NCBI GenBank assembly: GCA_045863295.1
Contig: BTWA01000032.1
Coordinates: forward strand, 8,144-72,143
Origin: Candidatus Hydrogenedentota bacterium
GTDB taxonomy: Bacteria > Hydrogenedentota > Hydrogenedentia > Hydrogenedentales > SLHB01
Direction: 5' to 3'
DNA length: 64,000 bases
Shown here: in pieces, positions 37,901 to 46,597 of the stretch
Position numbering within the stretch: the first letter of the stretch is position 1
Layout: every line of letters starts with the position of its first letter
Notes under the pieces: generated by a model
Told to the model about the DNA's origin: nothing
The model's database searches: none
Seen by the model: the letters and a program-made list of their open reading frames with translations, nothing else
Program-made: the position numbers and the translations under genes

Positions 37901-38994
37901 GCGGGGTCGCGCATGATTTCAACAACATGCTGGGCGTAATTCTTGGACACACCGAAATTGCCCTGATCAATACACGCAAGGACAACCCCATTCACCACGA
38001 CCTTGCGGAGATTCAACGCGCAGCACAACGATCGGCTGACCTTACCCGGCAACTGCTGGCTTTCGCCCGGCGCCAAACCGTGAACCCCCAACCGCTCGAC
38101 CTGAATGAAACCGTGGGGGGCATGTTGAAAATGCTGGGAAGGCTCACCGGCGAAGCGATCGAGCTTCTGTGGCTGCCTGGACCGTCGTTGTGGCGTGTGA
38201 AGATAGACCCGTCCCAAGTGGATCAGATTCTCACGAATCTAATCATAAACGCCAGGGACGCCGTTAAGGGTTCCGGCCGTGTCTCTATCCAAACCGAGAA
38301 TGCCCACGTGCATGAATCTGACGGCTCCAGCGAACTGCAGGCCGTACCCGGCGAGTATGTGTTGTTGTCCGTCAGCGATAACGGGTGCGGCATGACCAAG
38401 GAAGTTCTCGCCAAGGTTTTCGAGCCGTTTTTCACCACCAAACCGGTCGGCGAGGGTACTGGACTTGGATTGTCCACCGTATATGGCATTGTGAAACAAA
38501 ACGACGGCTTCATCCACGTCGACAGTGAATGGGGCGGGGGTTCTGTGTTCAAGATCTACTTCCCGCGCCATACTCAAGAAGTCATTGAAGACAAGAGCAT
38601 TATCGCGGCCCGTTCGGCGAAACGAGGCACCGAAACTATTCTTCTGGTCGAAGACGAAGTGTCCATTCTCGAACTGAGCAAGCGTATACTGGAAAGTCTG
38701 GGATATACCGTGATGGCCGCCTCCAGCCCCGGGGAAGCCATTCAGGTGTGCAGCCGATTCGAGGGGGTCATTCATTTGCTGGTAACCGATGTCGTGATGC
38801 CCGAGATGAACGGCCGGCAACTGGCCTCAAAATTGAACGAAATGCGGCCCGGTATGAAGTGCCTTTTCATGTCCGGTTACACCGCGGATGTGATCGCCGA
38901 TCACGGGGTGCTGGACAAGGATGTGCGATTTATTCAAAAGCCCTTTTCCATCGCCGATCTTGCAGTCAAGGTGCGCGAGGCCATGGAAGAATGA
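34954..38994 (+). CDS. Hybrid sensor histidine kinase: 5TMR-LYT-like membrane domain, six PAS domains, HisKA, HATPase, receiver
   Basis: PGVIFDGR TM block, six PAS/PAC repeats ending DIT/NIT, AHDFNN, GTGLGL, LLVTDVVMP. Confidence 0.93.
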   Translation: MLVLNLIQNVALLVTLVVVHPLLARRFRIRYPWFHILSGLLFGGVCVIGMMAPVQIAPGVIFDGRSIVLSVAGLFGGPIVALVAAIVSGSYRLYIGGSGAIPGIVVIVEATTIGLAFNYLGRRDSKFMSLFWFWVLGLVVHAAMIFTLLLMLGDQLGPNPILNLGAPILVLYPIATMVICRILQDYEERLEIEENLKQSQEKYRILVENAAEGIVVVQDAHIVFANAALATIVGYTQDELLVRPFVDFAHPDDRRMLIERHQLRLEGKEFPSIGELRVIHKSGAVRWVELNAVRIEWNSRVAVLNFITDITNRKSAEKALAESGIRYKSVVDALGSAVLVHASDGTIIECNAAAEQVLGISRGQILGSGPQTSEWPAIFEDGSPFPVEEYPVVITQRTGIAQHGVVMGLTRPDGKQIWIIINTVPLSGPNRDKPFAVVSSLVDITELKRLSEALARSNDELEFMIQALPDLLFHMSGDGTIKDFRAQDPATLYLPPDEFIGRKLQDVLPPDAAKAISEGLAELYRGDKIVSVTYKLPMPNGDHWFEARFNTLSSSDEVVALVRNITDRKRVEDALLENQAYLAAFIKHAPAAVAMMDTELRYIACSARWMSDYGIEGRDIVGISHYEVFPEIPARWKEIHRRCLQGSIERCEEDPFARSDGTIQWLSWEVHPWYTIDGRIGGLMMFTQDITQSRQADERLRHERERFAAIIEATNIGTWEWNVQTGDAIFNERWATIGGYTLEELAPHSIQTWIDLAHPDDLAHSIDLISKHFSGEIPYYDCECRMRHKDGSWVWVHDRGKVTEWGSDGSPHVMAGTHTDITGRKQADEALRELTERFKKIAAQVPGVVYQYKLRQDGTSCFPYASEGIRSIYRVDPDDVREDASAVFEVLHPEDYDGIVESIQVSARNMTTWRHEYRVKFPDGDVRWLYGNAIPQVDTDGAVLWHGFISDITEQRRLRDETEALQGQLLQAQKMESVGRLAGGVAHDFNNMLGVILGHTEIALINTRKDNPIHHDLAEIQRAAQRSADLTRQLLAFARRQTVNPQPLDLNETVGGMLKMLGRLTGEAIELLWLPGPSLWRVKIDPSQVDQILTNLIINARDAVKGSGRVSIQTENAHVHESDGSSELQAVPGEYVLLSVSDNGCGMTKEVLAKVFEPFFTTKPVGEGTGLGLSTVYGIVKQNDGFIHVDSEWGGGSVFKIYFPRHTQEVIEDKSIIAARSAKRGTETILLVEDEVSILELSKRILESLGYTVMAASSPGEAIQVCSRFEGVIHLLVTDVVMPEMNGRQLASKLNEMRPGMKCLFMSGYTADVIADHGVLDKDVRFIQKPFSIADLAVKVREAMEE

Positions 38995-39019
38995 ACCGAC
39001 GGAGGGATTGGAGTGGCAA

Positions 39020-40312
39020 CTATCGCTCGGGCAGTTCGAAATAGGCATGCCAGAGTTCGGCTTCTTGTGTGCTCTGGCCGGATTCATCTTTCAGATACTT
39101 GACGCTGAGCAGATGTACGGTATCTCCGGCGTCCTCACCTCCAAAGCGCGCCGGACATAACGCATGCACCACATACGCTTCCAGGTTGGCCGAATTCGAC
39201 ACAGTCCATTCCCGCAACGCCTTGAAGGTCGACGTGTCCAACTGCCAGAGATGTAAGTCTCCTGCGACCGGGCGGCCAATCAAGAACATGCGGCCATCGC
39301 CGGCCATAAGCATGCGCGAAAGACCGGGGTTGAGACCCGTCTCATGCGAATCGACCGCGAGGTTCGGCGCAATATGTGCGATGTAATGCGGCGTTCCCGG
39401 CGTTTTCAAAAGTTCCTCGTGCGATGCCGCGCTGGCGTGTGCATACGACACGTAGGCGCCGCCGTTGCCATCGGGGATCATATCCTGCAATGCCGTGCGC
39501 CCGTCCAAAGGCATAAGCCAACCGATATTCTTCCAATTGCCCACGGTCAGATCCTCGCACGACGCCAGCCGGACATGACGCCAGGAATATTTAGTGCCTT
39601 CGCCGTCCGAGTGATCAGGGTCGTATAACGCGGAATTCAACACCGCAATTGCCCGTTTGCCCGTTAGCAGAATGCCTTCGTATCCGTAGCGGCCTTCCGG
39701 CGTCTCCATGCGGCTCGTGTGCCACGTTCCATCGGCTGCATCGAAGAACGCGGCGATGATCGCGTTGGGCTTTCCATACTGCATTTCAGCGGTTTCGGCA
39801 TACAACGTCAGAAAATTGCCTTCCGGGCTAATCGCCGCGCCCATATAGGCATTGGTACCGGTGTGCACTTCCTCTATAGACGAAAAATCGACCGGTTCTT
39901 TCGTGCGGTTAATGTGCACGTTTGCGTAATCGGTTGACCCCGTGATCCACACGCGTTTGTCCGGTCCCGCAAGCATCATGTAGGGGGGATAGGGGAGCGT
40001 GCCTACTTCGTTCCAGGTTCCATTGTCCTCACGGCGATAAAACGCCCCGGGATGCGAATACGGCCAGTCCGGTTTTTCCGGGTTGGGATTACGAATCGTG
40101 GCGCATGCGTAAAGGCGACCGTCGATTTTAAGTAGGCGGTTGCTGTGCCAACCGTGAATCGTTCCGGAAAATACTCTCGCAGCGACGAGTTCCGCTTTTC
40201 CTTCAACGATTGAGTGTGTGGCATCTTGGGCATCCGCATTGAACATAGCCACCAAGGCCAAGACCACGTTGAGTAAGGCAAGGTGCCACTGAATCGAGTT
40301 AGTCTTTGTCAC
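39020..40312 (-). CDS. Secreted hypothetical protein, possibly a beta-propeller
   Basis: Signal peptide ending ADA|Q, beta-rich sequence, overlaps the upstream small gene. Confidence 0.65.
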   Translation of the reverse strand: MTKTNSIQWHLALLNVVLALVAMFNADAQDATHSIVEGKAELVAARVFSGTIHGWHSNRLLKIDGRLYACATIRNPNPEKPDWPYSHPGAFYRREDNGTWNEVGTLPYPPYMMLAGPDKRVWITGSTDYANVHINRTKEPVDFSSIEEVHTGTNAYMGAAISPEGNFLTLYAETAEMQYGKPNAIIAAFFDAADGTWHTSRMETPEGRYGYEGILLTGKRAIAVLNSALYDPDHSDGEGTKYSWRHVRLASCEDLTVGNWKNIGWLMPLDGRTALQDMIPDGNGGAYVSYAHASAASHEELLKTPGTPHYIAHIAPNLAVDSHETGLNPGLSRMLMAGDGRMFLIGRPVAGDLHLWQLDTSTFKALREWTVSNSANLEAYVVHALCPARFGGEDAGDTVHLLSVKYLKDESGQSTQEAELWHAYFELPER

Positions 40313-40622
40313 GGGATTCCAATTCCTTCCGAAGCCGCTCCAATTCGTGCGCCACTTTGCCGAGTTCCAGGCGCGTCCGCCTGTTTTCTTTGGCCATTCC
40401 CAGCAGGTACCAGATTGCGAATACAAGTATTCCCGCTTTCAGAAGAAGTACCGGAAGGCTAAGCGCCCCAATTAATACCCACTCCCATCCTCCAGGCATT
40501 TCTGACAAAGCATACGCAGGCAGTCTCAACGAACGCATTTGCAGGAGCCCTGGTGATCTCTGCATTTCAGCCCTACACGTAGATTCACCCACGTGACCTC
40601 GTGCCTTGTGCGTGGTTTTCAA
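40299..40622 (-). CDS. Small membrane protein, paralog 3 (MPGGWE...TM...RLELGKVAHELE)
   Basis: Shared C-terminal motif with the two neighbours. TTGA start/stop overlap. Confidence 0.75.
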   Translation of the reverse strand: MKTTHKARGHVGESTCRAEMQRSPGLLQMRSLRLPAYALSEMPGGWEWVLIGALSLPVLLLKAGILVFAIWYLLGMAKENRRTRLELGKVAHELERLRKELESRDKD

Positions 40623-40861
40623 TCCTCGTCTCGCTTCCTCATCGCTTCCACTTCATGCGCGAGTTTGCTGACTTCAATCCTGAGCCGCCGGCGCTCTTTG
40701 TCGCCGTTGACAAAGTATCGGATAACCATGAACAAAACCGCCAAGGGAATCGCCAGAATGCACAGGATTACGATGATTTCAAAACCGCCCGGCAACGTAA
40801 ACATCGCATAACGGGGAATACTGCTCCTGTGCCACGTACGATCGCATTCCTGGTGTACCAT
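40619..40861 (-). CDS. Small membrane protein, paralog 2 (LPGGFE...TM...RIEVSKLAHEVE)
   Basis: GAGGAG RBS, TM segment, shared motif. Confidence 0.78.
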   Translation of the reverse strand: MVHQECDRTWHRSSIPRYAMFTLPGGFEIIVILCILAIPLAVLFMVIRYFVNGDKERRRLRIEVSKLAHEVEAMRKRDED

Positions 40862-40912
40862 ACGTCATCTCCTCGAATGTAGTGCGCCACAGTGCGTACG
40901 GTCCGGCGAGCG

Positions 40913-41110
40913 TCAATTGCCCTGCTTCTTGCGCAGTAATTCCAACTCGCTGCCAATTTTGCCTACCTCAAGTCGAAGCAACCGCTGCTCATCCGATCGC
41001 CGTCTAAGATATCTCGCCAATCCCACTATCGCGCGCACTACCGCGTACGCGATCAAGATCAAGATAAGGATCGGCACAATGGCAACTACGCTGTATCCAG
41101 AAGGCATCAC
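40913..41110 (-). CDS. Small membrane protein, paralog 1 (MPSG...TM...RLEVGKIGSELE)
   Basis: GTGA overlap with the HTH gene stop, shared motif. Confidence 0.78.
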   Translation of the reverse strand: MMPSGYSVVAIVPILILILIAYAVVRAIVGLARYLRRRSDEQRLLRLEVGKIGSELELLRKKQGN

Positions 41111-41304
41111 CCTTCCCCTCCATTTCCGTTCGGATGCACCTTTTTCGCCTCAAGCCACGCGTCCACATCGGCCCGGTCGAACTTGATATTCTTGGCACTG
41201 ATCCGGATGTAGGGCGGACAATCCCCCGAAGCGATGTACTTGTAGATGGTCCGCTTCGAATCACCCAAGTAGGCCGCCAAATCCTCGATGGACATCAACT
41301 GCAT
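41107..41304 (-). CDS. Excisionase/BldC-like helix-turn-helix (HTH_17) DNA-binding protein
   Basis: LMSIEDLAAYLG.SKRTIYKYI...PP.IRI....KFDRADVDAWL, 65 aa. Confidence 0.9.
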   Translation of the reverse strand: MQLMSIEDLAAYLGDSKRTIYKYIASGDCPPYIRISAKNIKFDRADVDAWLEAKKVHPNGNGGEG

Positions 41305-41330
41305 ATTCGATTCCCGCATTTCATCGGTAT

Positions 41331-41370
41331 CATTATGTCGCAATATGTCATAATATGCAATGATATTCTT
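41331..41370 (-). promoter_or_regulatory. Four 10-bp-period direct repeats covering a sigma70 promoter
   Basis: + strand CATTATGTCG CAATATGTCA TAATATGCAA TGATATTCTT. Minus strand TTGCAT-N17-CATAAT. Confidence 0.75.
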
Positions 41371-41530
41371 TACCGGCTTCACCAGGGTAGGCTGAAAAAT
41401 ACGCTGTCCAATGCGTCAACACGCACGGAACGCAGACGACTTCAAAGTGTAGAATAGGCAAAATCCGGCATGCTGCCGCCGGCGAATGGGCTCCGAGGCT
41501 GTCGCCATTTCACGGCGAGGAGGGGTTTAA

Positions 41531-42106
41531 ATGGGGCGTCGTATCGCGTACGCATTGGTTGTTGTCGGGCTTGTACTTGCGCTCGGGTGTTTTAAGAAGG
41601 TCCCGCGAGAAAAGCTTCAGCCGTTGTTTGGCGATGATGCCGGCGGCGCCGTATCCGGCGACTTCCCAGTCTTTGAAGAAGGGGGATCCCTGAAATTGAC
41701 CGTGCAAGGTGCGATGCGGGAAATCCCCTTGAATGAGATCTACTATTGCAATACCGAAGGCGATTTCCCGGACTACATCGAGTTTTCCGGCGAGGGCACC
41801 TATTTCGAAGCGGTAAATGAAGCAAAACTGCCGGGTGACGACGAAGATGACTGGAGCGCGCCCCATGCTTCGATTGTCTCGAAGGCGTTGCCCATAAAAT
41901 CCATTAATGACAGACCCATGGAAATGACTATCCCTGGATTGGGGAAATATGCGGTAACCGGTGGAACCATCACCATGACACGGAATCAAGGGGGAATGGA
42001 GGGGGTGGTCTGGTGGGAAGGGACCATCAACGTCATTTGCGATACGTCCACCGGCCCCGCCACGGCTCCCGGCACTTTTGCCTTTGGCATGGTGCCGGTC
42101 TGGTAG
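41531..42106 (+). CDS. Hypothetical lipoprotein
   Basis: GAGGAGG RBS, signal peptide with LALGC lipobox. Confidence 0.75.
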   Translation: MGRRIAYALVVVGLVLALGCFKKVPREKLQPLFGDDAGGAVSGDFPVFEEGGSLKLTVQGAMREIPLNEIYYCNTEGDFPDYIEFSGEGTYFEAVNEAKLPGDDEDDWSAPHASIVSKALPIKSINDRPMEMTIPGLGKYAVTGGTITMTRNQGGMEGVVWWEGTINVICDTSTGPATAPGTFAFGMVPVW

Positions 42107-42195
42107 TGATCGTTTGGCGTGCACGTGATTTCTGCTCAGCAAAACCGCGGGGTTTGACAATATCCTGTCCGCAATGGCACGATGAGAGCCTCATC

Positions 42196-42277
42196 GGCCT
42201 GCCGTGACTGGCGATGCAAGGTGGAACCAACCACCGGGGAGCGGCGGGTCTTGGGTTTCTTGCCGATCGCCTGGGCG
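42196..42277 (+). ncRNA. ZMP/ZTP (pfl) riboswitch
   Basis: P1 GGCCUGCCG/CGGCGGGUC, conserved GUGACUGGCG, P2 GGUGG/CCACC then GGGGAGCG, 3' GCCGAUCGCCUGGGC with a GGCG/CGCC pseudoknot. TTGACA upstream at 42154. Confidence 0.9.
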
Positions 42278-42361
42278 CTCTGAATTGAATGTGTTGCGGG
42301 GAGTGGTGCGTCCATTCTCCGCCGGCAACATGCCACGGAGTGCGGCATGGCGGAGGCCCGG

Positions 42362-43429
42362 ATGCAACAGACCCCCTTGATCGGCGAATACGAAGCGCAC
42401 GGCGGCAAGGTCGTCGATTTCCACGGTTGGGCGCTTCCTGTGCAGTTTCGCCACGGTATTGTGCAGGAACACCTTCACACTCGAACCAAGGCGTCGCTCT
42501 TCGACTGCTCCCATATGGGCGAGTTTCTCATTTCTGGTAAAGACACAATCGACGCCTACCATCGCCTGGTCATGACCGACGTGTTGGGTATTAAGCCGGG
42601 GAGGGGACGCTACGGCGCCCTGCTCAATGAGAAGGGAGGCATTGTTGACGACATCATTACTTTTCGACTTGGAGAAGATGATTTCTTTGTCGTCACCAAT
42701 GCCGGCCCTCTTGACGTGGTCGCCCCTCAAATCACTGCATGCGGACCCGGCGCCACGGATATTTCCAGCGAGACCGCAAAGATCGACATACAAGGGCCGT
42801 TAAGCCGCGAAATTCTAGTGCTCGAAATGCCTGAGGCTGCGAACCTTAAGTACTTCCAAGCGATTCGCACTCATTGGAAGGGCAGCCCCGTCGTCCTCGC
42901 CCGGACAGGGTATACCGGCGAACTCGGCTTCGAAATTTTTGTCCCTGCCGCCGTGGCCGTGCCCCTTTGGCGCGCACTTGCCGGATACGATGCCGTCGAA
43001 CCCGCGGGTCTGGGCGCACGCGACACACTACGCACCGAAGTGGTCTATTCGTTGTCCGGCCAGGACTTTAATGAGTCGCGAACACCCCTGGAGGCCGGGT
43101 TGGATGCCTATATTGCATGGGATACCGAGTTTACCGGCAAGGCCGCGCTGCAACAACAGCGCGACGCAGCGGACTACCCCGTGCTGACTCCAGTCAAGAC
43201 CGCCGACCGGCGCGCGCCACGCCATGATTTTGAGGTTACGCACAATGGTGATCGCGTTGGTGTGGTGACCAGCGGAACCTATGGACCCAGCGTTGGGTAT
43301 GGAATTGGTCTGGCGTACTTACCCCGGCATTTGGCCAAGCCCGGTACCACGCTTGTCGCCGGACCACGTGAATTACCCATTGAAACCGCCACGGCCCCGT
43401 TTTATAGACAGGGCACGTGCCGCATATAA
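42362..43429 (+). CDS. gcvT: Glycine cleavage system aminomethyltransferase
   Basis: FHGWALPVQF, LFDCSHMGEF, QGP, RTGYTGELGFE, GLGARDTLRTE, VTSGT. Confidence 0.96.
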   Translation: MQQTPLIGEYEAHGGKVVDFHGWALPVQFRHGIVQEHLHTRTKASLFDCSHMGEFLISGKDTIDAYHRLVMTDVLGIKPGRGRYGALLNEKGGIVDDIITFRLGEDDFFVVTNAGPLDVVAPQITACGPGATDISSETAKIDIQGPLSREILVLEMPEAANLKYFQAIRTHWKGSPVVLARTGYTGELGFEIFVPAAVAVPLWRALAGYDAVEPAGLGARDTLRTEVVYSLSGQDFNESRTPLEAGLDAYIAWDTEFTGKAALQQQRDAADYPVLTPVKTADRRAPRHDFEVTHNGDRVGVVTSGTYGPSVGYGIGLAYLPRHLAKPGTTLVAGPRELPIETATAPFYRQGTCRI

Positions 43430-43440
43430 GGAGACGAGGG

Positions 43441-43830
43441 ATGAGTGCGATTCCCGGGGATTTGAGGTACACCAAAGATCACGAATGGGTCAGGCAGGAA
43501 GCGGAAGTGTATGTCGTCGGCATCACGGCGCACGCCGCCGATCAGCTCGGCGACGTGACCTTCGCGGAGGTCCCCATGGTGGGTAAGAACGCCCGAAAGG
43601 GTGAGGCCATTGCCACCGTGGAATCCGTTAAGGCGGCAAGCGACGTGTATGCGCCGCTGAGCGGCACCGTTTGCGCCGCCAACGAGACCCTTGTCAACGC
43701 GCCGGAACAAATCAATCAGGATCCCTACGGGACAGGCTGGTTCTTCAAGTTGGAAAACGTCAATGCGGCCGAATACGACTCATTGATGGATGCGAAGGCC
43801 TATCAAGCCCATGTGGAGGCTTCGTCCTGA
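43441..43830 (+). CDS. gcvH: Glycine cleavage system H protein
   Basis: YTKDHEW, VESVKAASD lipoyl-Lys, NQDPYGTGW. Confidence 0.97.
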   Translation: MSAIPGDLRYTKDHEWVRQEAEVYVVGITAHAADQLGDVTFAEVPMVGKNARKGEAIATVESVKAASDVYAPLSGTVCAANETLVNAPEQINQDPYGTGWFFKLENVNAAEYDSLMDAKAYQAHVEASS

Positions 43831-45113
43831 TGTCTTGGATTCCGACCACACCTACCGAACGCGATGAAATGCTGGCCGTGATCGGGGTGAAAACAATTGA
43901 AGACCTATTTGCGTCGATACCCGCCGATCTGCGCCCGAAATCATTCAACTTGCCAGACGCTTTGTCAGAGTACGCCGTGCGCAGCATGATGGAAACGCAA
44001 GCAGCCCGAAACGCAGGTTCAGCCATCTGTTTTCTGGGGGGCGGGTTTTACGATCATTTTATTCCGGCCGCCGTTGATGCGTTGACTTCGCGTGGCGAGT
44101 TCTACACGGCATACACGCCGTACCAGCCCGAAGCGGCGCAAGGCACACTGCAGGCCATATACGAATACCAGTCCGCGATTTGCCGGTTGACGGGTTTGGA
44201 TTTCGCCAACGCCTCGCTCTACGACGGCGGGACAGCCGTCTTCGAGGCGACGACCATGGCCATTCGCGTCACGGATCGCCGCCGCGTGGTAGTGCACGAG
44301 TCCGTCAATCCCCGCTATCGCGAAATGCTGTTTACGCATGCCGCCAATCTCGATCTGGATTTTTGCGATGGCGACAACCCCGGCGAAGCGGCGTGTGTCA
44401 TCGTCCAGAATCCGTCGTTCCGGGGCGATGTGGCTGATTTTTCCGAACTTGCCGAAAAGTGCCATGCCGCGGGCGCGCTTTTGGTGGTCCTGTTCTACCC
44501 GATATCGCTCGGGCTCTTGAAAACGCCCGGAGAAATGGGCGCGGACATTGCCATTGCCGAAGGCCAGTGCCTTGGCACGCCATTGTTTTTTGGAGGCCCG
44601 TATCTCGGCATCATGGCGGTTCGAAAGGATTACGTGCGCAAAATGCCCGGGCGCATTGGAGCAATGACCCAGGATCACGAAGGCCGACGCGGCTTTGTGC
44701 TTACCCTGCAAGCGCGAGAGCAACATATCCGCCGAGGAAAGGCCATGTCGAACATCTGTTCCAATGAAGCGCTGATTGCGTTGCGCGCCCTGATTTATTT
44801 AAGTCTGCTTGGAAAAGAAGGTCTGCGTGACGTGGCAACGCAGTGTCACGCCAAAGCGCAGTATCTGAAGTCAAAATTGACTTTCGCCAAAATCCTGAAT
44901 ACGGGAACCACGTTCAATGAGTTCGCGGTGCGCCTTCCCAAGAATGCCGAAGATGTTGCTGCACATCTGTTGAAGCAAGGATTTATTGCCGGTCTTCCCC
45001 TGGCCAGTTTGGGATCCGGTGAACCCAACGATCTATTGATTGCCGTTACTGAAAAACATACCCGCGCCATGCTGGACACCTTTGCCGCCGCGCTGGAAAT
45101 AGCCTGCCGGTAA
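43830..45113 (+). CDS. gcvPA: Glycine dehydrogenase subunit 1
   Basis: FLGGGFYDH, YTAYTPYQPE, ASLYDGG, REQHIRR.KA.SNICSN. Confidence 0.96.
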   Translation: MSWIPTTPTERDEMLAVIGVKTIEDLFASIPADLRPKSFNLPDALSEYAVRSMMETQAARNAGSAICFLGGGFYDHFIPAAVDALTSRGEFYTAYTPYQPEAAQGTLQAIYEYQSAICRLTGLDFANASLYDGGTAVFEATTMAIRVTDRRRVVVHESVNPRYREMLFTHAANLDLDFCDGDNPGEAACVIVQNPSFRGDVADFSELAEKCHAAGALLVVLFYPISLGLLKTPGEMGADIAIAEGQCLGTPLFFGGPYLGIMAVRKDYVRKMPGRIGAMTQDHEGRRGFVLTLQAREQHIRRGKAMSNICSNEALIALRALIYLSLLGKEGLRDVATQCHAKAQYLKSKLTFAKILNTGTTFNEFAVRLPKNAEDVAAHLLKQGFIAGLPLASLGSGEPNDLLIAVTEKHTRAMLDTFAAALEIACR

Positions 45114-45135
45114 TCTCCGGTAAAAGAGGAAGTGC

Positions 45136-46596
45136 ATGCGTCACGACGCCCAAACACCACTCATTTTCGACATGTCCAAACCCGGACGTCGCGCAATCGT
45201 ATTCGATGCGCTCGACGTGCCCTCGGTTACGCTGCCCAGTGAACTGTGCCGCGACGAACCGGCTGGACTGCCGGAAGTGAGTGAACTCGATGTAGTCAGG
45301 CATTTCACCAATCTCTCACGAAAGAATTTCGGCATTGACAGCCATTTCTATCCGCTGGGGTCGTGTACCATGAAGTACAATCCCAAAATGGCGGAGGCCG
45401 TGGCCGCGCTGCCCGGATATGCGCGCCTTCATCCCCATCTGTCGTCCAGCGAAGCGTATTGGGAAGGCTGTCAGGGCGCGCTCGAATTGGTATACGAAAC
45501 AGAGCATATGCTTGCCGAGATCGCGGGTATGCGTGAAGTCAGTCTGCAGCCCATTGCCGGTGCGCACGGAGAATTGACCGGTACGCTTTTGATGGCAGCC
45601 TACCATCGCGACCGGGGCCATGCACACAAGGACACCATTCTCATTCCCGATTCCGCTCACGGCACCAATCCGGCCAGTGCAGTCATTGCCGGATTCAACA
45701 TCGTCGAGATTCCATCCGGACCGGATGGACTGGTGCACCTGAGTGAAGTGGAAAAGGCCATGAGCGACAATGTGGCCGGGCTCATGACAACGTGCCCCAA
45801 CACGCACGGTTTGTTTGAACCGGAAGTCAAGCGCGTGGCTGACATGCTTCATGAAGCCGATGCCCTGTTGTATTACGACGGCGCGAATCTCAACGCCATT
45901 CTGGGTAAGGCCCGCCCCGGCGATTTGGGCTTTGATGTCATGCACTACAATCTGCACAAAACCTTCGCCACGCCCCATGGCATGGGCGGGCCCGGATGCG
46001 GACCCGTCGGAGTGGGGGAAAGACTGTTGCCGTATTTGCCGGGTCCGCGCGTTGTGAAAGAAGGCGATCGTTTTGCGTTGCGGTCTCCGGAAAAATCGAT
46101 TGGCCGTGTGGCCGCATTCTTCGGCAATTTCATGATGGCCGTGCGCGCATACGCCTACATGCGCCACTACGGAAAAGCTGGACTGATAGACGTATCTGAA
46201 ATCGCCGTTCTGAACGCGAACTACGTCTTTGCCCGCCTCAAACAGGCGTACACGGCCGCCTTCAATCGCGAATCCGGCTTTCTCCACGAATGTGTATTCA
46301 CGGGCGTTCCCCAAGCGAAGAAGGGAGCGAAAGCGCTCGACATTGCAAAAGCACTTTTGGACTACGGATTTCACGCGCCTACCGTATATTTCCCGCTCAC
46401 TGTCAAAGAGAGCATTATGATCGAGCCAACGGAAACGGAATCGAAAGAGACGCTGGATGCTTTCTGTGACGCCATGCTTGAAATTGCGCGCCGGATCGAC
46501 GAGAACGATCCGGCACTCCTGGAGGCGCCTGTGTCCACACCCGTGGGCCGCCTTGATGAAGTGCTTGCCGCAAGGCAGCTCAATTGCGCCTGCTGA
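45136..46596 (+). CDS. gcvPB: Glycine dehydrogenase subunit 2
   Basis: YPLGSCTMKYNP, AGAHGE, YDGANLNA, NLHKTF.TPHG (PLP Lys), IEPTETE. Confidence 0.96.
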   Translation: MRHDAQTPLIFDMSKPGRRAIVFDALDVPSVTLPSELCRDEPAGLPEVSELDVVRHFTNLSRKNFGIDSHFYPLGSCTMKYNPKMAEAVAALPGYARLHPHLSSSEAYWEGCQGALELVYETEHMLAEIAGMREVSLQPIAGAHGELTGTLLMAAYHRDRGHAHKDTILIPDSAHGTNPASAVIAGFNIVEIPSGPDGLVHLSEVEKAMSDNVAGLMTTCPNTHGLFEPEVKRVADMLHEADALLYYDGANLNAILGKARPGDLGFDVMHYNLHKTFATPHGMGGPGCGPVGVGERLLPYLPGPRVVKEGDRFALRSPEKSIGRVAAFFGNFMMAVRAYAYMRHYGKAGLIDVSEIAVLNANYVFARLKQAYTAAFNRESGFLHECVFTGVPQAKKGAKALDIAKALLDYGFHAPTVYFPLTVKESIMIEPTETESKETLDAFCDAMLEIARRIDENDPALLEAPVSTPVGRLDEVLAARQLNCAC

Positions 46597-46597
46597 A

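Noticed and set aside
34954..38994. LOV photoreceptor kinase partnering the photolyase
   Set aside because: No GxNCRFLQ motif in any PAS domain.
41107..41304. Prophage/ICE excisionase marking an integrated element
   Set aside because: No integrase, tRNA, att repeats or phage genes nearby.
42180..42340. Glycine riboswitch upstream of gcvT
   Set aside because: Lacks the GGAGA...CCGAAG...CTCTCAGG glycine aptamer signature and matches the ZTP motif instead.
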